NCBI GenBank assembly: GCA_031254805.1
Contig: JAIRTP010000027.1
Span: 1-63,300, forward strand
Origin: Bacteroidales bacterium
GTDB lineage: Bacteria; Bacteroidota; Bacteroidia; Bacteroidales; WRLA01
Length of the DNA: 63,300 nt
Direction of reading: 5' to 3'
The notes under the pieces were generated by a model. It had not been told where the DNA came from. It was given only the letters and a program-made list of their open reading frames with translations, and did not search any database. The translations under genes and the position numbers were made by a program. Within the stretch, counting starts at the first letter, position 1, and the number at the start of each line of letters is the position of its first letter. Shown here one piece after another: positions 19,365 through 29,611 of this stretch.

Positions 19365-20195
19365 CTAAATCTCTTCTATTGCCGATACCGGTATCCATCC
19401 GACGCTTCCGTTAGCAATTTTTATTTTATGCCAATCGTTGAGAGACTCTAAAATCCATACTTTTGTCCCTTCGTGCAGAACAAAAAGATCAGTGCTACTT
19501 CCTTCAGGAGAACTTTTAATGGTTACCGAAGGAGAAAAAACGATAGCCGTTTCGTGCGATACTTGATTGTACGTAGCTTGTCCGGCTACAATGAAAGAGA
19601 AAATACAAAGCAGTAATAACACAACGCCCGCCCAAAAACCGAGTTGGCGAATGACGATACTTCGCGCTAAGAAGTATAATCCGATCAAAATCAATGCCGT
19701 CGCAAGTAACATGATAGCGCAATACGCCCATTGATTTGGAGTAAATATCGAAACGACCGCTTTATACCAACGAACAGGCAAAACTTCGGGGACAACTTCG
19801 ATCTTATCGGGAATACGGCTGTTGGATAATCCGAGATTGAAAAGAGCGTCTTCATCCTTTGGATTGATTTTCAGAGCTTTCTCATAAAATAAAATGGCCA
19901 AAGGCAAATCGTTCATTTTGAATGCGGAATTTCCCATGTTATAATACAATGCGGCAGACTCTAATCCTAACGTATCGTTGATATATTTGTAATATTCCAA
20001 AGCGTCGTGATACATATTTGCATTATAAAAAGAAATTGCCGAATCCATCAATATCTTCGGGTCTTTAATAAGCGACATTTTCATGTTATGTTGCGCAATC
20101 TCGGTCGAATCGGTAAATTCAAAGGCGATATTTTCTTGCGCTGTTATATTGTATGTGGAAAAACAAGCTATAATAAAAAATATGATGCGTTTCAT
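19365..20195 (-). CDS. batE: BatE (TPR plus SH3-like domain protein)
   Basis: Signal peptide, TPR repeats, two TM helices, C-terminal SH3-like segment. Last gene of the Bat cluster. Confidence 0.7.
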   Translation of the reverse strand: MKRIIFFIIACFSTYNITAQENIAFEFTDSTEIAQHNMKMSLIKDPKILMDSAISFYNANMYHDALEYYKYINDTLGLESAALYYNMGNSAFKMNDLPLAILFYEKALKINPKDEDALFNLGLSNSRIPDKIEVVPEVLPVRWYKAVVSIFTPNQWAYCAIMLLATALILIGLYFLARSIVIRQLGFWAGVVLLLLCIFSFIVAGQATYNQVSHETAIVFSPSVTIKSSPEGSSTDLFVLHEGTKVWILESLNDWHKIKIANGSVGWIPVSAIEEI

Positions 20196-20213
20196 ATAAT
20201 TTCCTCCTCTTTA

Positions 20214-22064
20214 TCAACGTAAGTTTTGTTCAATTTTACTGATAATATCTATCGAGTTGCGATAAATTTTCTCCATATCATGTTGCTTATCGCCCGGCGC
20301 ATAACGCGCAAATTCTCCGGCGTCAATGATATCGACAATCTCTTTAATATAGTCGTCTCCGATGCCTTTTTCGCTCAATCTCTCATAAATGGTCTCTCTG
20401 GAAAGAGCAGAACGGGGAATTGTAAATTTATCGCTCAAATAACCCCACAACGCATTGGTATTCTCTTCAAAAAACTGATCCGATTGATTATTCTTCAAAT
20501 AAGAATACCCTCTTTTGAGGCGGTTTCTCGCAACTTTTGTCGCTTTTTTATTACGCATTAACGCCACATTCCGGCGTTGTTTTCGTGTTTTAGCAGTCGC
20601 TATGACCGCCACAAAGAACATTATAATAAGCAATATCGCGATCGCCCAAAACTGCCAACTCCCATAAATAACCGAACCGGTCAACGTAAAGGTATAAGGC
20701 GGAAGTTTTAAATGGCGGATATCGTTGCCGATATATTTTATATCTTGCTGATGAATAGCCGTATAAGATATATCATGCACCGTGCCGTCTCCTTTTTCAA
20801 CAAGTATCGTATAAGCAGGAGAAGTTAAAGTGACGTATGTTCCTTTGGCCGGATCAAAGAAGCTAAATGGAACGGCGGGAATTGTAAAAGTTCCGGCCGC
20901 GCGTGGAATAATCAGATATTCGAAAGATTTCCACCCTGAAACGCCGCTTGCCGTTTTTTTTACGTTTTGATTGATTTTTGGATCGTACACTTCAAAATCT
21001 ACCGGAAAATTAATTTCGGGAAGATCGGCCAGTTCGATATTCCCATTTCCTGCAATCGTGAATTTCAATGTAATCGCTTCATTCGTTTTAGCCTCCGTCG
21101 AACTCAATTCCGGCTTGAATGTGTAATTTCCCGTCGCGCCTTTAAAAGAGGCGGGCTTGTTATTTGTGGGATACGGTTTGACATTTAACTTGACCGATTC
21201 CGATTGTACGGTTAATTCCACATTATCGACCGATTGAAACATTCCGTTGAAGAATTGATCCAAAAACGGATCGCCGGTTCTCCCTTGACGCGCTTTGGTA
21301 TATTGCGCCGTCAAATCCAAAATTAAAGGTTCGATGGTTATCTCTCCGGCGCGTACCGGAAATAACGCTACTTTTTTGATATCCGCAGTAATATAACGAA
21401 CGCCGCTGACGACCTCTTCATTTTGAACCAATCGCTGATTGGGATCCATCAAATCCTGCATCCAAAATCCGGGATATGTGCTACCCGTCCTTGGCCGAAT
21501 ACTGGAAACGCCTACTTTTGTGAACAATTTGTAGGTAATGATTATCTGTTCTCCTTGATAAGGATCTCGTTTAGAAGGATAGGCGCGAACAAAAATATCT
21601 TTGCTGTCGGGATTGATTGTGTGCGAAGCGTTTTGCTGTGTTCCGCCTTGTTGTAAATTATGCGGTTGCGACGACGCGCCGGTCGTTACTTTTATCGGCA
21701 ACGTATTTGATTTATATACTTTCCCTTCAACGCTGATAGATCCTGCTCCGATCGTAAATTCTCCGGCATCGTTAGCGCGTAAAGTATAACTATAAGTCGA
21801 CACAATACTTTTGATCACTTTTGTTCCGGACATCTGAATGCTCGTCTGCTGCGAAGTATTCGGGCCGGAAAGTATCATAAATCCCTGAAAATTCGGAGGG
21901 GTGAAATTTTTATAATCTCCCTCGGATTGAAGGACAAATTTCACTTGAAAACTTGTCCCTTGTTGTACAACCGACGGTCCTTGTAGCGTAAAATCCACCT
22001 GAGATATTCCCAAAAAGGGAATAAGCGCCATCATAATTGCTATAAAAAAAGTTTTATTTTTCAT
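20214..22064 (-). CDS. batD: BatD (oxygen-tolerance protein)
   Basis: Start set at MKNKTFFIAIMMALIPFLGISQ (signal peptide). Large Ig-like extracytoplasmic part, one TM helix, cytoplasmic tail. Position between batC and batE. Confidence 0.75.
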   Translation of the reverse strand: MKNKTFFIAIMMALIPFLGISQVDFTLQGPSVVQQGTSFQVKFVLQSEGDYKNFTPPNFQGFMILSGPNTSQQTSIQMSGTKVIKSIVSTYSYTLRANDAGEFTIGAGSISVEGKVYKSNTLPIKVTTGASSQPHNLQQGGTQQNASHTINPDSKDIFVRAYPSKRDPYQGEQIIITYKLFTKVGVSSIRPRTGSTYPGFWMQDLMDPNQRLVQNEEVVSGVRYITADIKKVALFPVRAGEITIEPLILDLTAQYTKARQGRTGDPFLDQFFNGMFQSVDNVELTVQSESVKLNVKPYPTNNKPASFKGATGNYTFKPELSSTEAKTNEAITLKFTIAGNGNIELADLPEINFPVDFEVYDPKINQNVKKTASGVSGWKSFEYLIIPRAAGTFTIPAVPFSFFDPAKGTYVTLTSPAYTILVEKGDGTVHDISYTAIHQQDIKYIGNDIRHLKLPPYTFTLTGSVIYGSWQFWAIAILLIIMFFVAVIATAKTRKQRRNVALMRNKKATKVARNRLKRGYSYLKNNQSDQFFEENTNALWGYLSDKFTIPRSALSRETIYERLSEKGIGDDYIKEIVDIIDAGEFARYAPGDKQHDMEKIYRNSIDIISKIEQNLR

Positions 22065-22129
22065 CTTCGCCAAACTCCTTTTCATCACCTGCAAATATAT
22101 ATCTATTTTGCGTTCATCGCAATGCTGTT

Positions 22130-22849
22130 TTACCAATCTTTATCGCTCCCTTTTCTTGGTTTTACTTGTTGTGTTTGCATTTTTTCCAACGTTTTCTTTT
22201 CGTTGTTCTTCATCGCTTCGAGCATTCGTTCAGCCTCTTCCTTACTGATTTCTTGTTGCTGCATTTGTTGTTGTCGCTGTTGTTGATCTTGCGAATCTTG
22301 TTGATTTTGTTGATTCTGCTGATTTTGCTGTTGTTGATCTTGCTGATCCTGTTGTTGATCCTGATCTTGTTGCTGTTGATTCTGTTGTTGGTTATTCCCG
22401 CCGCTTTGTTGTTGTTGCGACAATTTTTGGCGAGCATATTCCAAGTTATAACGAGCGTCTTCATCGTTAGGATTTAATCTCAACGTTTGCTTATATGCTT
22501 CAATACTTTTTTGATAATCGTTACTCGACAGATAAGCGTTGCCTATATTATAAAACGAATTGGCTCGCATGTCGACATCGTTAGTAGCATTCAAAGCCGT
22601 TGCCGTCCAATTGTTAATAGCCTCTTCCTGATTTTCCTGACGGTAACGGGTCGCTCCAAGATTATAATACGCTTTTGCCGAATTAGGATTAGCCTCCAGC
22701 GCTTTTATATAGTCTGTCTCCGCAGCATTATAATCTCCCTTGGAGTAATCTCTGTTACCCTGACGCACCATTTTGTTATCTTTTTGCGCAAAAGATAACA
22801 TGCCGGAAGATATTATTAATAGCAAAAAAATCTTTCTTTTCATAATCAA
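22130..22849 (-). CDS. batC: BatC (TPR protein with Gln-rich tail)
   Basis: Signal peptide, TPR repeats, then a Q/N/D low-complexity tract of about 55 residues. Confidence 0.75.
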   Translation of the reverse strand: MIMKRKIFLLLIISSGMLSFAQKDNKMVRQGNRDYSKGDYNAAETDYIKALEANPNSAKAYYNLGATRYRQENQEEAINNWTATALNATNDVDMRANSFYNIGNAYLSSNDYQKSIEAYKQTLRLNPNDEDARYNLEYARQKLSQQQQSGGNNQQQNQQQQDQDQQQDQQDQQQQNQQNQQNQQDSQDQQQRQQQMQQQEISKEEAERMLEAMKNNEKKTLEKMQTQQVKPRKGSDKDW

Positions 22850-23895
22850 TAATTTGTCTTGTTAAAAAGTTTGATCTTTTTTTGTAACCGCCCTTTGCGC
22901 TCCAATACAAATAATTCTATTACAGTGAAAGAGAGCGCAAACATGAGTAATATCTGAAACTGATGTTCATAGTCGGAAAACATCTTGGCGTCGAATTCCG
23001 ATTTTTCCATCTTATTGATCTCTTCATAAATTAATTCCAATCCGGCGCGGCTGGTATTAGCGCGAACATACATTCCGCTTCCGATTGATGCAAGTTGTTG
23101 CAGAATCACTTCATCTAATTTAGTGACGACCGTGTTGCCCTCTCTGTCTTTCCGATAACCCATAACATTTCCGCGGTTGTCAAGTATCGGAATCGGAGAG
23201 CCTTCAGGAAGTCCCATGCCGATAGTAAAAAGTTTTACGCCTTTTTCCGCCGCTGTTTGCGCCGCTTTGATAGCGTCTCCTTCGTGATCCTCGCCGTCGG
23301 TGATGATAACTATCGCTTTGCTGTGCGCATCGTCAAAATTAAACGAATTCATTGCAGTATTGATAGCTTCCGCGATCGCAGTGCCTTGCGTAGAGACAAT
23401 ATCGGTATTAATAGTAGTCAGAAACATTCGAGCAGCTGAATAATCGGTCGTGATGGGAAGTTGAACATAGGCTTGCCCCGCAAATACGACAATTCCTATT
23501 CTGTCGCCTTTCAGTTGATCAATCAGCCGAGAGATAGAACGTTTTGCCGATTCCAAACGGCTGGGTTTTATATCTTGCGCATTCATTGAGTTGGAAACGT
23601 CCAAACAAATAACTAAATCTACGCCTTGACGTTTTACCTCTTCCAATTTCGAGCCGAATTGCGGGTCGGCTATCGCAAAAATCAAAAAGGTAAATCCTGC
23701 GATCAATAATATCAGTCGCACAACAGGCCATCCTTTAGAAAAATCGGGGACAAGGATAGACAACAACCGGTTGTCTCCAAAACGTTTCAATGATTTCTTA
23801 CGCCAATACAACATCCCGACAAACAGCAAGATCATCGCCGGAATGATCAGCAACGCGTATAAATATTGTGGATTTGCAAATTTAAAAACTTCCAT
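22846..23895 (-). CDS. batB: BatB (von Willebrand factor A domain membrane protein)
   Basis: Two N-terminal TM helices, VWA MIDAS motif DVSNSM, C-terminal TM helix. Confidence 0.85.
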   Translation of the reverse strand: MEVFKFANPQYLYALLIIPAMILLFVGMLYWRKKSLKRFGDNRLLSILVPDFSKGWPVVRLILLIAGFTFLIFAIADPQFGSKLEEVKRQGVDLVICLDVSNSMNAQDIKPSRLESAKRSISRLIDQLKGDRIGIVVFAGQAYVQLPITTDYSAARMFLTTINTDIVSTQGTAIAEAINTAMNSFNFDDAHSKAIVIITDGEDHEGDAIKAAQTAAEKGVKLFTIGMGLPEGSPIPILDNRGNVMGYRKDREGNTVVTKLDEVILQQLASIGSGMYVRANTSRAGLELIYEEINKMEKSEFDAKMFSDYEHQFQILLMFALSFTVIELFVLERKGRLQKKIKLFNKTNY

Positions 23896-23944
23896 TTTCT
23901 TTTCTGTTTCAAACGTTTTTAATCGTTTTTTACATCATTCATTC

Positions 23945-24955
23945 TTAAGGTATTCTTCTGAAAATTGTCATCCGCAACAAAAACTCCAATCCCAAAGCTA
24001 TTAACGCCAAAACAGCTAAAGGCAAGAATTCTTCATACTTTTTATGAAATTCCGTCACGTCGATCTTCGACTTTTCAAGTTGATCGATCTCTTTATAGAT
24101 CTCTTCCAGCTTTTTATTTCCCGTTGCCCTGAAATACTGTCCTCCGGTAATTTCAGCTACTTGCGTCAGCAACGGCTCGTCGATACGAACTTCCATGTCG
24201 GTGTATCGTTTTCCGAAAGGCGTGTCATAGGCAACCGGAGCTCTTCCGATAGTACCAACTCCAATCGTATATATTCTAATGCCATACGTTTTTGCAATAT
24301 CGGCGGCAGATAACGGGTCGATCGATCCTGAGTTGTTTTCTCCATCCGTTAACAGAATAATCACTTTGCTGATAGCTTCCGAATCTTTTAACCGGTTGAT
24401 AGCCGTAGCCATTCCGTCGCCGATAGCGGTTCCGTCTTCGATCATATCAAAGTTGATTTGTTTTACCAAATTCTTTAAAACAGTCCGATCGGTCGTTAAC
24501 GGACTTTGCGTGAATGATTCTCCCGCAAAGATCACTAATCCGATACGATCGTTCACTCTTCCGTCGATAAAATCGATCAATACGCTCTTCGCCGCTTCTA
24601 AACGATTCGGTTTAAAATCTTCCGCTTTCATAGAACCGGAAATATCTAAAGCCGTCACAATGTCAATCCCTTCAACCGTCACATCTTGCCGACTACTCGA
24701 AGATTGAGGACGCGCCAGAGCGACAATGATCAAGGCGACCGCCAGCGTTCGAAGCGCAAACATCGAATGACGTAAATAATGTTTCCATGTTCGTTGTTGC
24801 TTGCCGAATCTCGATAAACTGGAAATCTGTAACGCGGCATTTTTTCGTTTTCCGCTCCAAATGTAATACGCTATTAATACCGGAATGATCAGTAACAACC
24901 AAAAATATTCCGGATTTGCCCATGTGATATCTTCTAAAAATTCTTTCCAACTCAT
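23945..24955 (-). CDS. batA: BatA (von Willebrand factor A domain membrane protein)
   Basis: N-terminal TM helices, MIDAS motif DISGSM, C-terminal TM helix. Confidence 0.85.
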   Translation of the reverse strand: MSWKEFLEDITWANPEYFWLLLIIPVLIAYYIWSGKRKNAALQISSLSRFGKQQRTWKHYLRHSMFALRTLAVALIIVALARPQSSSSRQDVTVEGIDIVTALDISGSMKAEDFKPNRLEAAKSVLIDFIDGRVNDRIGLVIFAGESFTQSPLTTDRTVLKNLVKQINFDMIEDGTAIGDGMATAINRLKDSEAISKVIILLTDGENNSGSIDPLSAADIAKTYGIRIYTIGVGTIGRAPVAYDTPFGKRYTDMEVRIDEPLLTQVAEITGGQYFRATGNKKLEEIYKEIDQLEKSKIDVTEFHKKYEEFLPLAVLALIALGLEFLLRMTIFRRIP

Positions 24956-26013
24956 GGCGTCACATTTTGCGATTGATTTTCTACCTCGTCATTATCAGTA
25001 ATTTCCGGTTTTGTTATGTCATTCTCAAGAACAGCGAGAGGTTCATTTTGAACCGCTTCCCGTTTTTCTTCCATGACCGGCTGCGCTTTAGTTTCTCGAA
25101 CAAAATCAACGCCATACGCCAAAACCGAATCATTTTCCAACGGCGACGGAGAAGCTTTTGCAAATTTTACCAAATCGGCAGTTTGTAAAATATTGGCAAG
25201 TTTTGACAAAGCTTGCTCGTTAATTTCCATGTTTTTTACTCCTGAAAGAATTTCATCCGTCGTCATTTCAACTGCCTGAACGGTAAAACGATTTTCGATA
25301 TAAACCCGTAAAATATCTGCCAAAGCAGTATAATATTCCTTCACTTTTCCCGCTTGCCACATCTTTTCATGTCGCAATTTCTCCAACGCTTCTAATGCAA
25401 CAATATCAGCCGGAATTTTCGGTTTTGTCTGAGCAAATCGAAAAACGGGTTTATTGTTTTGCCTGCGCATAAAAAACCATATTGCAAAGGCTACAATTGC
25501 AGCCAAAAGCAATGGAACTATAATAAAAGGCAGTATTTCTCTAAAAGTTACCGGAGCCTTCATCAAAGGTTTAATATCTATAAAAGCCTGGGTTGTATCC
25601 ACGGCGACAGTGCCTACTTCTAACCAAACCGAAGGCGATTGCGTAAAATAACTGGTCGTATCGTTCGGTTTGTAATAGGAAAATTTGAACGGCGTCAATG
25701 CATAAAATCCCGTGTCGAAAGAGGTAATGGAGAGCGTTTGACGGAGAATATTATTATTGTCTTCCTTAACGCTGTCAATCGTCGATCTTGAAATAACCTC
25801 CACTCCCGGAATAATTTCTTGCGGAATATCAGCCCAATAGACTCTTTCGTTGTTTTTTGCAACAACTTCCAATTGCATCTTTACCTGTTGTCCGATAATA
25901 ATGGAATTTGTGTCCAATACAGCTCTTGCATAAGGCTCTTCTTGCGAAAAAAGAACCAACGAAAACAGAGAGATAATAGCTGTTATAGCGATATATTTCA
26001 TCTTTTTTATCAT
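24952..26013 (-). CDS. Bat-operon membrane protein (BatD-like N-terminal domain plus DUF4381-like part)
   Basis: Signal peptide, extracytoplasmic domain, single TM helix (ILPFIIVPLLLAAIVAFAIWFF), cytoplasmic helical tail. 4-nt overlaps with both neighbours. Confidence 0.6.
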   Translation of the reverse strand: MIKKMKYIAITAIISLFSLVLFSQEEPYARAVLDTNSIIIGQQVKMQLEVVAKNNERVYWADIPQEIIPGVEVISRSTIDSVKEDNNNILRQTLSITSFDTGFYALTPFKFSYYKPNDTTSYFTQSPSVWLEVGTVAVDTTQAFIDIKPLMKAPVTFREILPFIIVPLLLAAIVAFAIWFFMRRQNNKPVFRFAQTKPKIPADIVALEALEKLRHEKMWQAGKVKEYYTALADILRVYIENRFTVQAVEMTTDEILSGVKNMEINEQALSKLANILQTADLVKFAKASPSPLENDSVLAYGVDFVRETKAQPVMEEKREAVQNEPLAVLENDITKPEITDNDEVENQSQNVTP

Positions 26014-26885
26014 GCTCTTCCTTCTCTTTTCTTAAAAAGATTCATTAAGGGGCGAACGTAATCTTGGTTTGTATTGACAACGGCATAGTCAATTCCGCAC
26101 CGTTTGAACGTTTCATGCAGTTTTTTGTCAAACAAAAGAAAATAATTGATGTAATGTTGCCTTACGGCGGCATTTGAAGTATCAATCCACATTTTTTTCC
26201 CGGTTTCTGCGTCGCGCATGCGCACCAATCCCGCATTAGGAAGTTCTCGTTCCACATAATCTTGCGCTTGAATGGCAATTAAATCGTGTTTACGATTGGC
26301 GATCTTCAAAGCATTTTCAAAATCATCATCGATAAAATCGGAGATCAAAAACATGGTGCATTTTTTCTTAATGACGTTGGTGAAATATTTTACCGCTTCG
26401 GAAATATTCGTTTTATTACTGGTACGGCGAAAATCGACCAATTCTCTGATAATACGCAAAATATGGGTAGATCCTTTTTTTGGCGGAATGAATTTTTCAA
26501 TAATATCGCTGAAAAAGATCACGCCGACTTTGTCGTTATTTTGAATAGCTGAAAACGCCAATACAGCCGCAATTTCAGTGATCATTTCCGTTTTGAGTTG
26601 ACTTCCCGATCCAAAGTCGTTGGAACCAGAAACATCAATCAGTAGCATTACCGTTAATTCGCGTTCTTCTTCAAATATCTTAACGTAAGGATGATTCATC
26701 CGCGCCGTTACATTCCAGTCAATACTACGAATATCGTCGCCATATTGGTATTCGCGCACTTCGCTGAACGACATTCCTCGCCCTTTAAAGACGCTGTGGT
26801 ATTCTCCGGAAAATATTTGATTGGACAATCCCCGCGTTTTAATTTCTATCTTTCTGACTTTCTTTACAATTTCGCTAGCATCCAT
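26010..26885 (-). CDS. DUF58 family protein (MoxR-associated VWA-like)
   Basis: 291 aa. GEYHSVFKGRGMSFSEVREYQYGDDIRSIDW is the DUF58 signature. Confidence 0.85.
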   Translation of the reverse strand: MDASEIVKKVRKIEIKTRGLSNQIFSGEYHSVFKGRGMSFSEVREYQYGDDIRSIDWNVTARMNHPYVKIFEEERELTVMLLIDVSGSNDFGSGSQLKTEMITEIAAVLAFSAIQNNDKVGVIFFSDIIEKFIPPKKGSTHILRIIRELVDFRRTSNKTNISEAVKYFTNVIKKKCTMFLISDFIDDDFENALKIANRKHDLIAIQAQDYVERELPNAGLVRMRDAETGKKMWIDTSNAAVRQHYINYFLLFDKKLHETFKRCGIDYAVVNTNQDYVRPLMNLFKKREGRA

Positions 26886-26973
26886 TTTTAATTAGTTACA
26901 AGTGACAAATAACAATCCGCGCAAAGTTTAGCAAGCGATTCAAAAATTTGAAGATTTAAAACTCCTCATTCTC

Positions 26974-27008
26974 AATTCCTAATTCCTAATTTTTAATTCT
27001 TAATTGAA
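26974..27008. repeat. Five tandem degenerate heptamers (AATTCCT AATTCCT AATTTTT AATTCTT AATTGAA)
   Basis: Read directly in the moxR-DUF58 spacer. Confidence 0.8.
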
Positions 27009-27010
27009 TC

Positions 27011-28003
27011 TTACGGCACCTCAATATTATTCAAAACATCTACGATAATGTCTTCCGTAGTGACATTTTCAGCTTCCGCTTCGTAAGTCAATCCGATACG
27101 ATGACGTAGAACGTCGTGCGCAACCGCGCGTACATCTTCCGGAATCACATAACCGCGCCGTTTGATAAACGCATACGCTTTCGCCGCCAAAGCCAAACTA
27201 ATACTTGCGCGCGGCGAACCGCCGTAAGCGATCATATTGACAAAACGATCCAACTTATACTCTTTGGGATAGCGCGTGGCAAATACGATGTCTGTAATAT
27301 AATTTTCGATTTTTTCGTCCAAATAAACATCGCGAACAAAAGTACGCGCGCGAAGAATATCTTCCGGTTTAAGAATAGTATTGGTTTTTGGAAAGCTATT
27401 CATGATATTGTTGCGAAGAATTATTTTTTCCTCATCCTTTTTAGGATAACCGATGACCACTTTTAACATAAAACGGTCAACCTGCGCTTCGGGTAACGGA
27501 TAAGTTCCTTCCTGCTCGATCGGGTTTTGCGTCGCCATCACAAGAAAAGGCTCTTCCAATTTGAACGTGTTTTGCCCGATAGTCACTTGGTGTTCTTGCA
27601 TAGCTTCCAGCAAGGCGCTTTGGACTTTTGCGGGAGAACGGTTGATCTCATCGGCAAGGATAAAATTGGCAAAAATAGGACCTTTACGAACGACAAAATC
27701 TTCATTCTTTTGCGAATAAATCATCGTGCCGAGCAAGTCGGCAGGTAACAAATCGGGCGTGAATTGTATCCGGCTGAATTGTGCGTCAATGACATTTGCC
27801 AAAGAATTAATCGCCAATGTTTTTGCCAATCCCGGCACGCCTTCCAACAAAATATGCCCATTAGAAAGTAAGCCTATCAGCAAACGTTCAACCATATATT
27901 TTTGGCCAACAATGACCTTGTCCATCTCTAAGCGAATGAGATTGATGAATTCGCTCTCTTTTTGAATTTTTTCGTTTAACTCTCTAATATCTGTCTGTAT
28001 CAT
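27011..28003 (-). CDS. MoxR-family AAA+ ATPase
   Basis: 330 aa. Walker A GVPGLAKT, Walker B LADEINR. Confidence 0.92.
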   Translation of the reverse strand: MIQTDIRELNEKIQKESEFINLIRLEMDKVIVGQKYMVERLLIGLLSNGHILLEGVPGLAKTLAINSLANVIDAQFSRIQFTPDLLPADLLGTMIYSQKNEDFVVRKGPIFANFILADEINRSPAKVQSALLEAMQEHQVTIGQNTFKLEEPFLVMATQNPIEQEGTYPLPEAQVDRFMLKVVIGYPKKDEEKIILRNNIMNSFPKTNTILKPEDILRARTFVRDVYLDEKIENYITDIVFATRYPKEYKLDRFVNMIAYGGSPRASISLALAAKAYAFIKRRGYVIPEDVRAVAHDVLRHRIGLTYEAEAENVTTEDIIVDVLNNIEVP

Positions 28004-28494
28004 AGGGGTTTAATTTTATTGAGATCACAAATCACAGGATTCCTCCTCAAAAATTGTGCCTATTAATTATAACTTCTACTAAAAAAACATTGTAATCAAA
28101 ATCAACAACGCAACAATAACGTCAGAGGAATAATATTTAGTATATAACGCATCTAAAGGTTCCTTGCAGAAGTCAATTTGACATGAAAATATGACAATAT
28201 TTCTTATTGATAAATTCTTGTAAATAAAAAATCACGGTTATCTAAAGAGAACTAAAATCTATTTAGCAGATAATCGAACGTTTTCAGGGAAAAATTGATT
28301 GGCATGATTCAAAGATTTCACTTTTATCAATTTGCACAATTTCAGCGGAAAAAGCATTATTCCGCAGACTGAATAGTTACAAATTATTTACTTCAAAAAA
28401 AGCCAATTCATTATTCAGCGCCGGTTACTGCGAATTAAGTATCAATAATTCCTGTTTCGGTCGATATTTTTAATGCTTTATTTAAAAAGTACCG

Positions 28495-28502
28495 TATTTT
28501 TG
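28495..28502 (+). promoter_or_regulatory. -7 promoter box TATTTTTG for the histidine kinase operon
   Basis: TAnnTTTG 29 nt before ATG 28531. Preceded by GTACCGTA (inverted near-copy of the TTCGGTAC motif) and by TTTCGGTC at 28455-28462. Confidence 0.4.
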
Positions 28503-28530
28503 CAAGTAAATTTTATATCTGTAATTCAGT

Positions 28531-29607
28531 ATGTTAAAAAAGAAAGTTACATCTCCGCCAATGTTTGGGAAAAAACGGGCTTTTCAGTTATCCCTCATTG
28601 TCAGTTTTATTTTCAATGCGGTATTGATTTTAGGCGTTTTGTATGGACAAATGCGCGAACACAAATTGACTTTTGATATAGGTTGGCTTTCCTATTTGAA
28701 ATATTTTCTTTGGAATTTTATCTGTAACATCATCTTTTTTTATCTTCTCTTTCTTTTCAACTTTAAACTCATCCGTTCTCATATCAAAGCAAATAAAATA
28801 CCATTATCGGCAACGATAGGAACGTTAATGATCTGTTTCTTTTTCAGTCCGTTGTTATCGCAAATACAATGGTCTGCAATCGGAGGCGAAAAAGGCATGG
28901 TAACAGAAGGATTTGCCATTTCTAATTTTATTAAGGATATGATTTTAGGAGCTATCGTTATTTTGATAACGCACAATTTATACAGCAATTATAAACGGGA
29001 GCAAACCATCATTACCAATCAAAAATTGACGGAAGACAATATCCGGATACGTTTCGAAGCGCTCAAAAACCAGCTTGATCCTCATTTCTTGTTCAACTCG
29101 CTGAATACGTTGAACGGTTTGATCGGGATTGAGGATGAAAAAGCTCATGAATATGTCGACAATCTCTCTTCCGTATTTCGATATACGTTAGAAAATAAGC
29201 ATATCCGCACTTTGAATGAGGAGATAGAATTTGTCGAATCGTACGTAGCATTGCTGAAAATCAGATACGGCGACAATTTCGTCGTTAAATATGATCTTGC
29301 AGAACAATACAGAAATTATCTGGTAATGCCCGTCAGCATACAATTACTGGTGGAGAATGCGGTAAAGCACAATGTCATCAGCAATAAGTCGCGACTTTTT
29401 ATCCATATCGAAACAACAGATAATGAAAGTATTATTGTGAGCAATCACATTAACCGGAAAACGGAAAAAAGCTTGAACTGCGACGTAGGATTGGCTAATT
29501 TGACCGACCGGTACGCTATTCTTTTCAAGAAAAATATCACCATATCAAATCTGGAAGGCGTATTTGCCGTAGAGATACCATTGATCAAGGAAATGGATAA
29601 AATATAA
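28531..29607 (+). CDS. LytS/YehU-type sensor histidine kinase
   Basis: Four or more N-terminal TM helices, then LKNQLDPHFLFNSLNTL (His_kinase PF06580 motif) and an ATPase domain. Confidence 0.88.
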   Translation: MLKKKVTSPPMFGKKRAFQLSLIVSFIFNAVLILGVLYGQMREHKLTFDIGWLSYLKYFLWNFICNIIFFYLLFLFNFKLIRSHIKANKIPLSATIGTLMICFFFSPLLSQIQWSAIGGEKGMVTEGFAISNFIKDMILGAIVILITHNLYSNYKREQTIITNQKLTEDNIRIRFEALKNQLDPHFLFNSLNTLNGLIGIEDEKAHEYVDNLSSVFRYTLENKHIRTLNEEIEFVESYVALLKIRYGDNFVVKYDLAEQYRNYLVMPVSIQLLVENAVKHNVISNKSRLFIHIETTDNESIIVSNHINRKTEKSLNCDVGLANLTDRYAILFKKNITISNLEGVFAVEIPLIKEMDKI

Positions 29608-29611
29608 AGAC

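Noticed and set aside
22166-22477. 103-aa poly-Leu ORF on the plus strand
   Set aside because: It is the mirror image of the CAA/CAG-rich BatC low-complexity tract and therefore an artefact.
28004-28494. Divergent spacer of about 500 bp between moxR and the histidine kinase, as a possible ncRNA or origin
   Set aside because: It has no convincing stem-loops with terminators, no DnaA-box cluster and no repeats. It was treated as a promoter-containing spacer.
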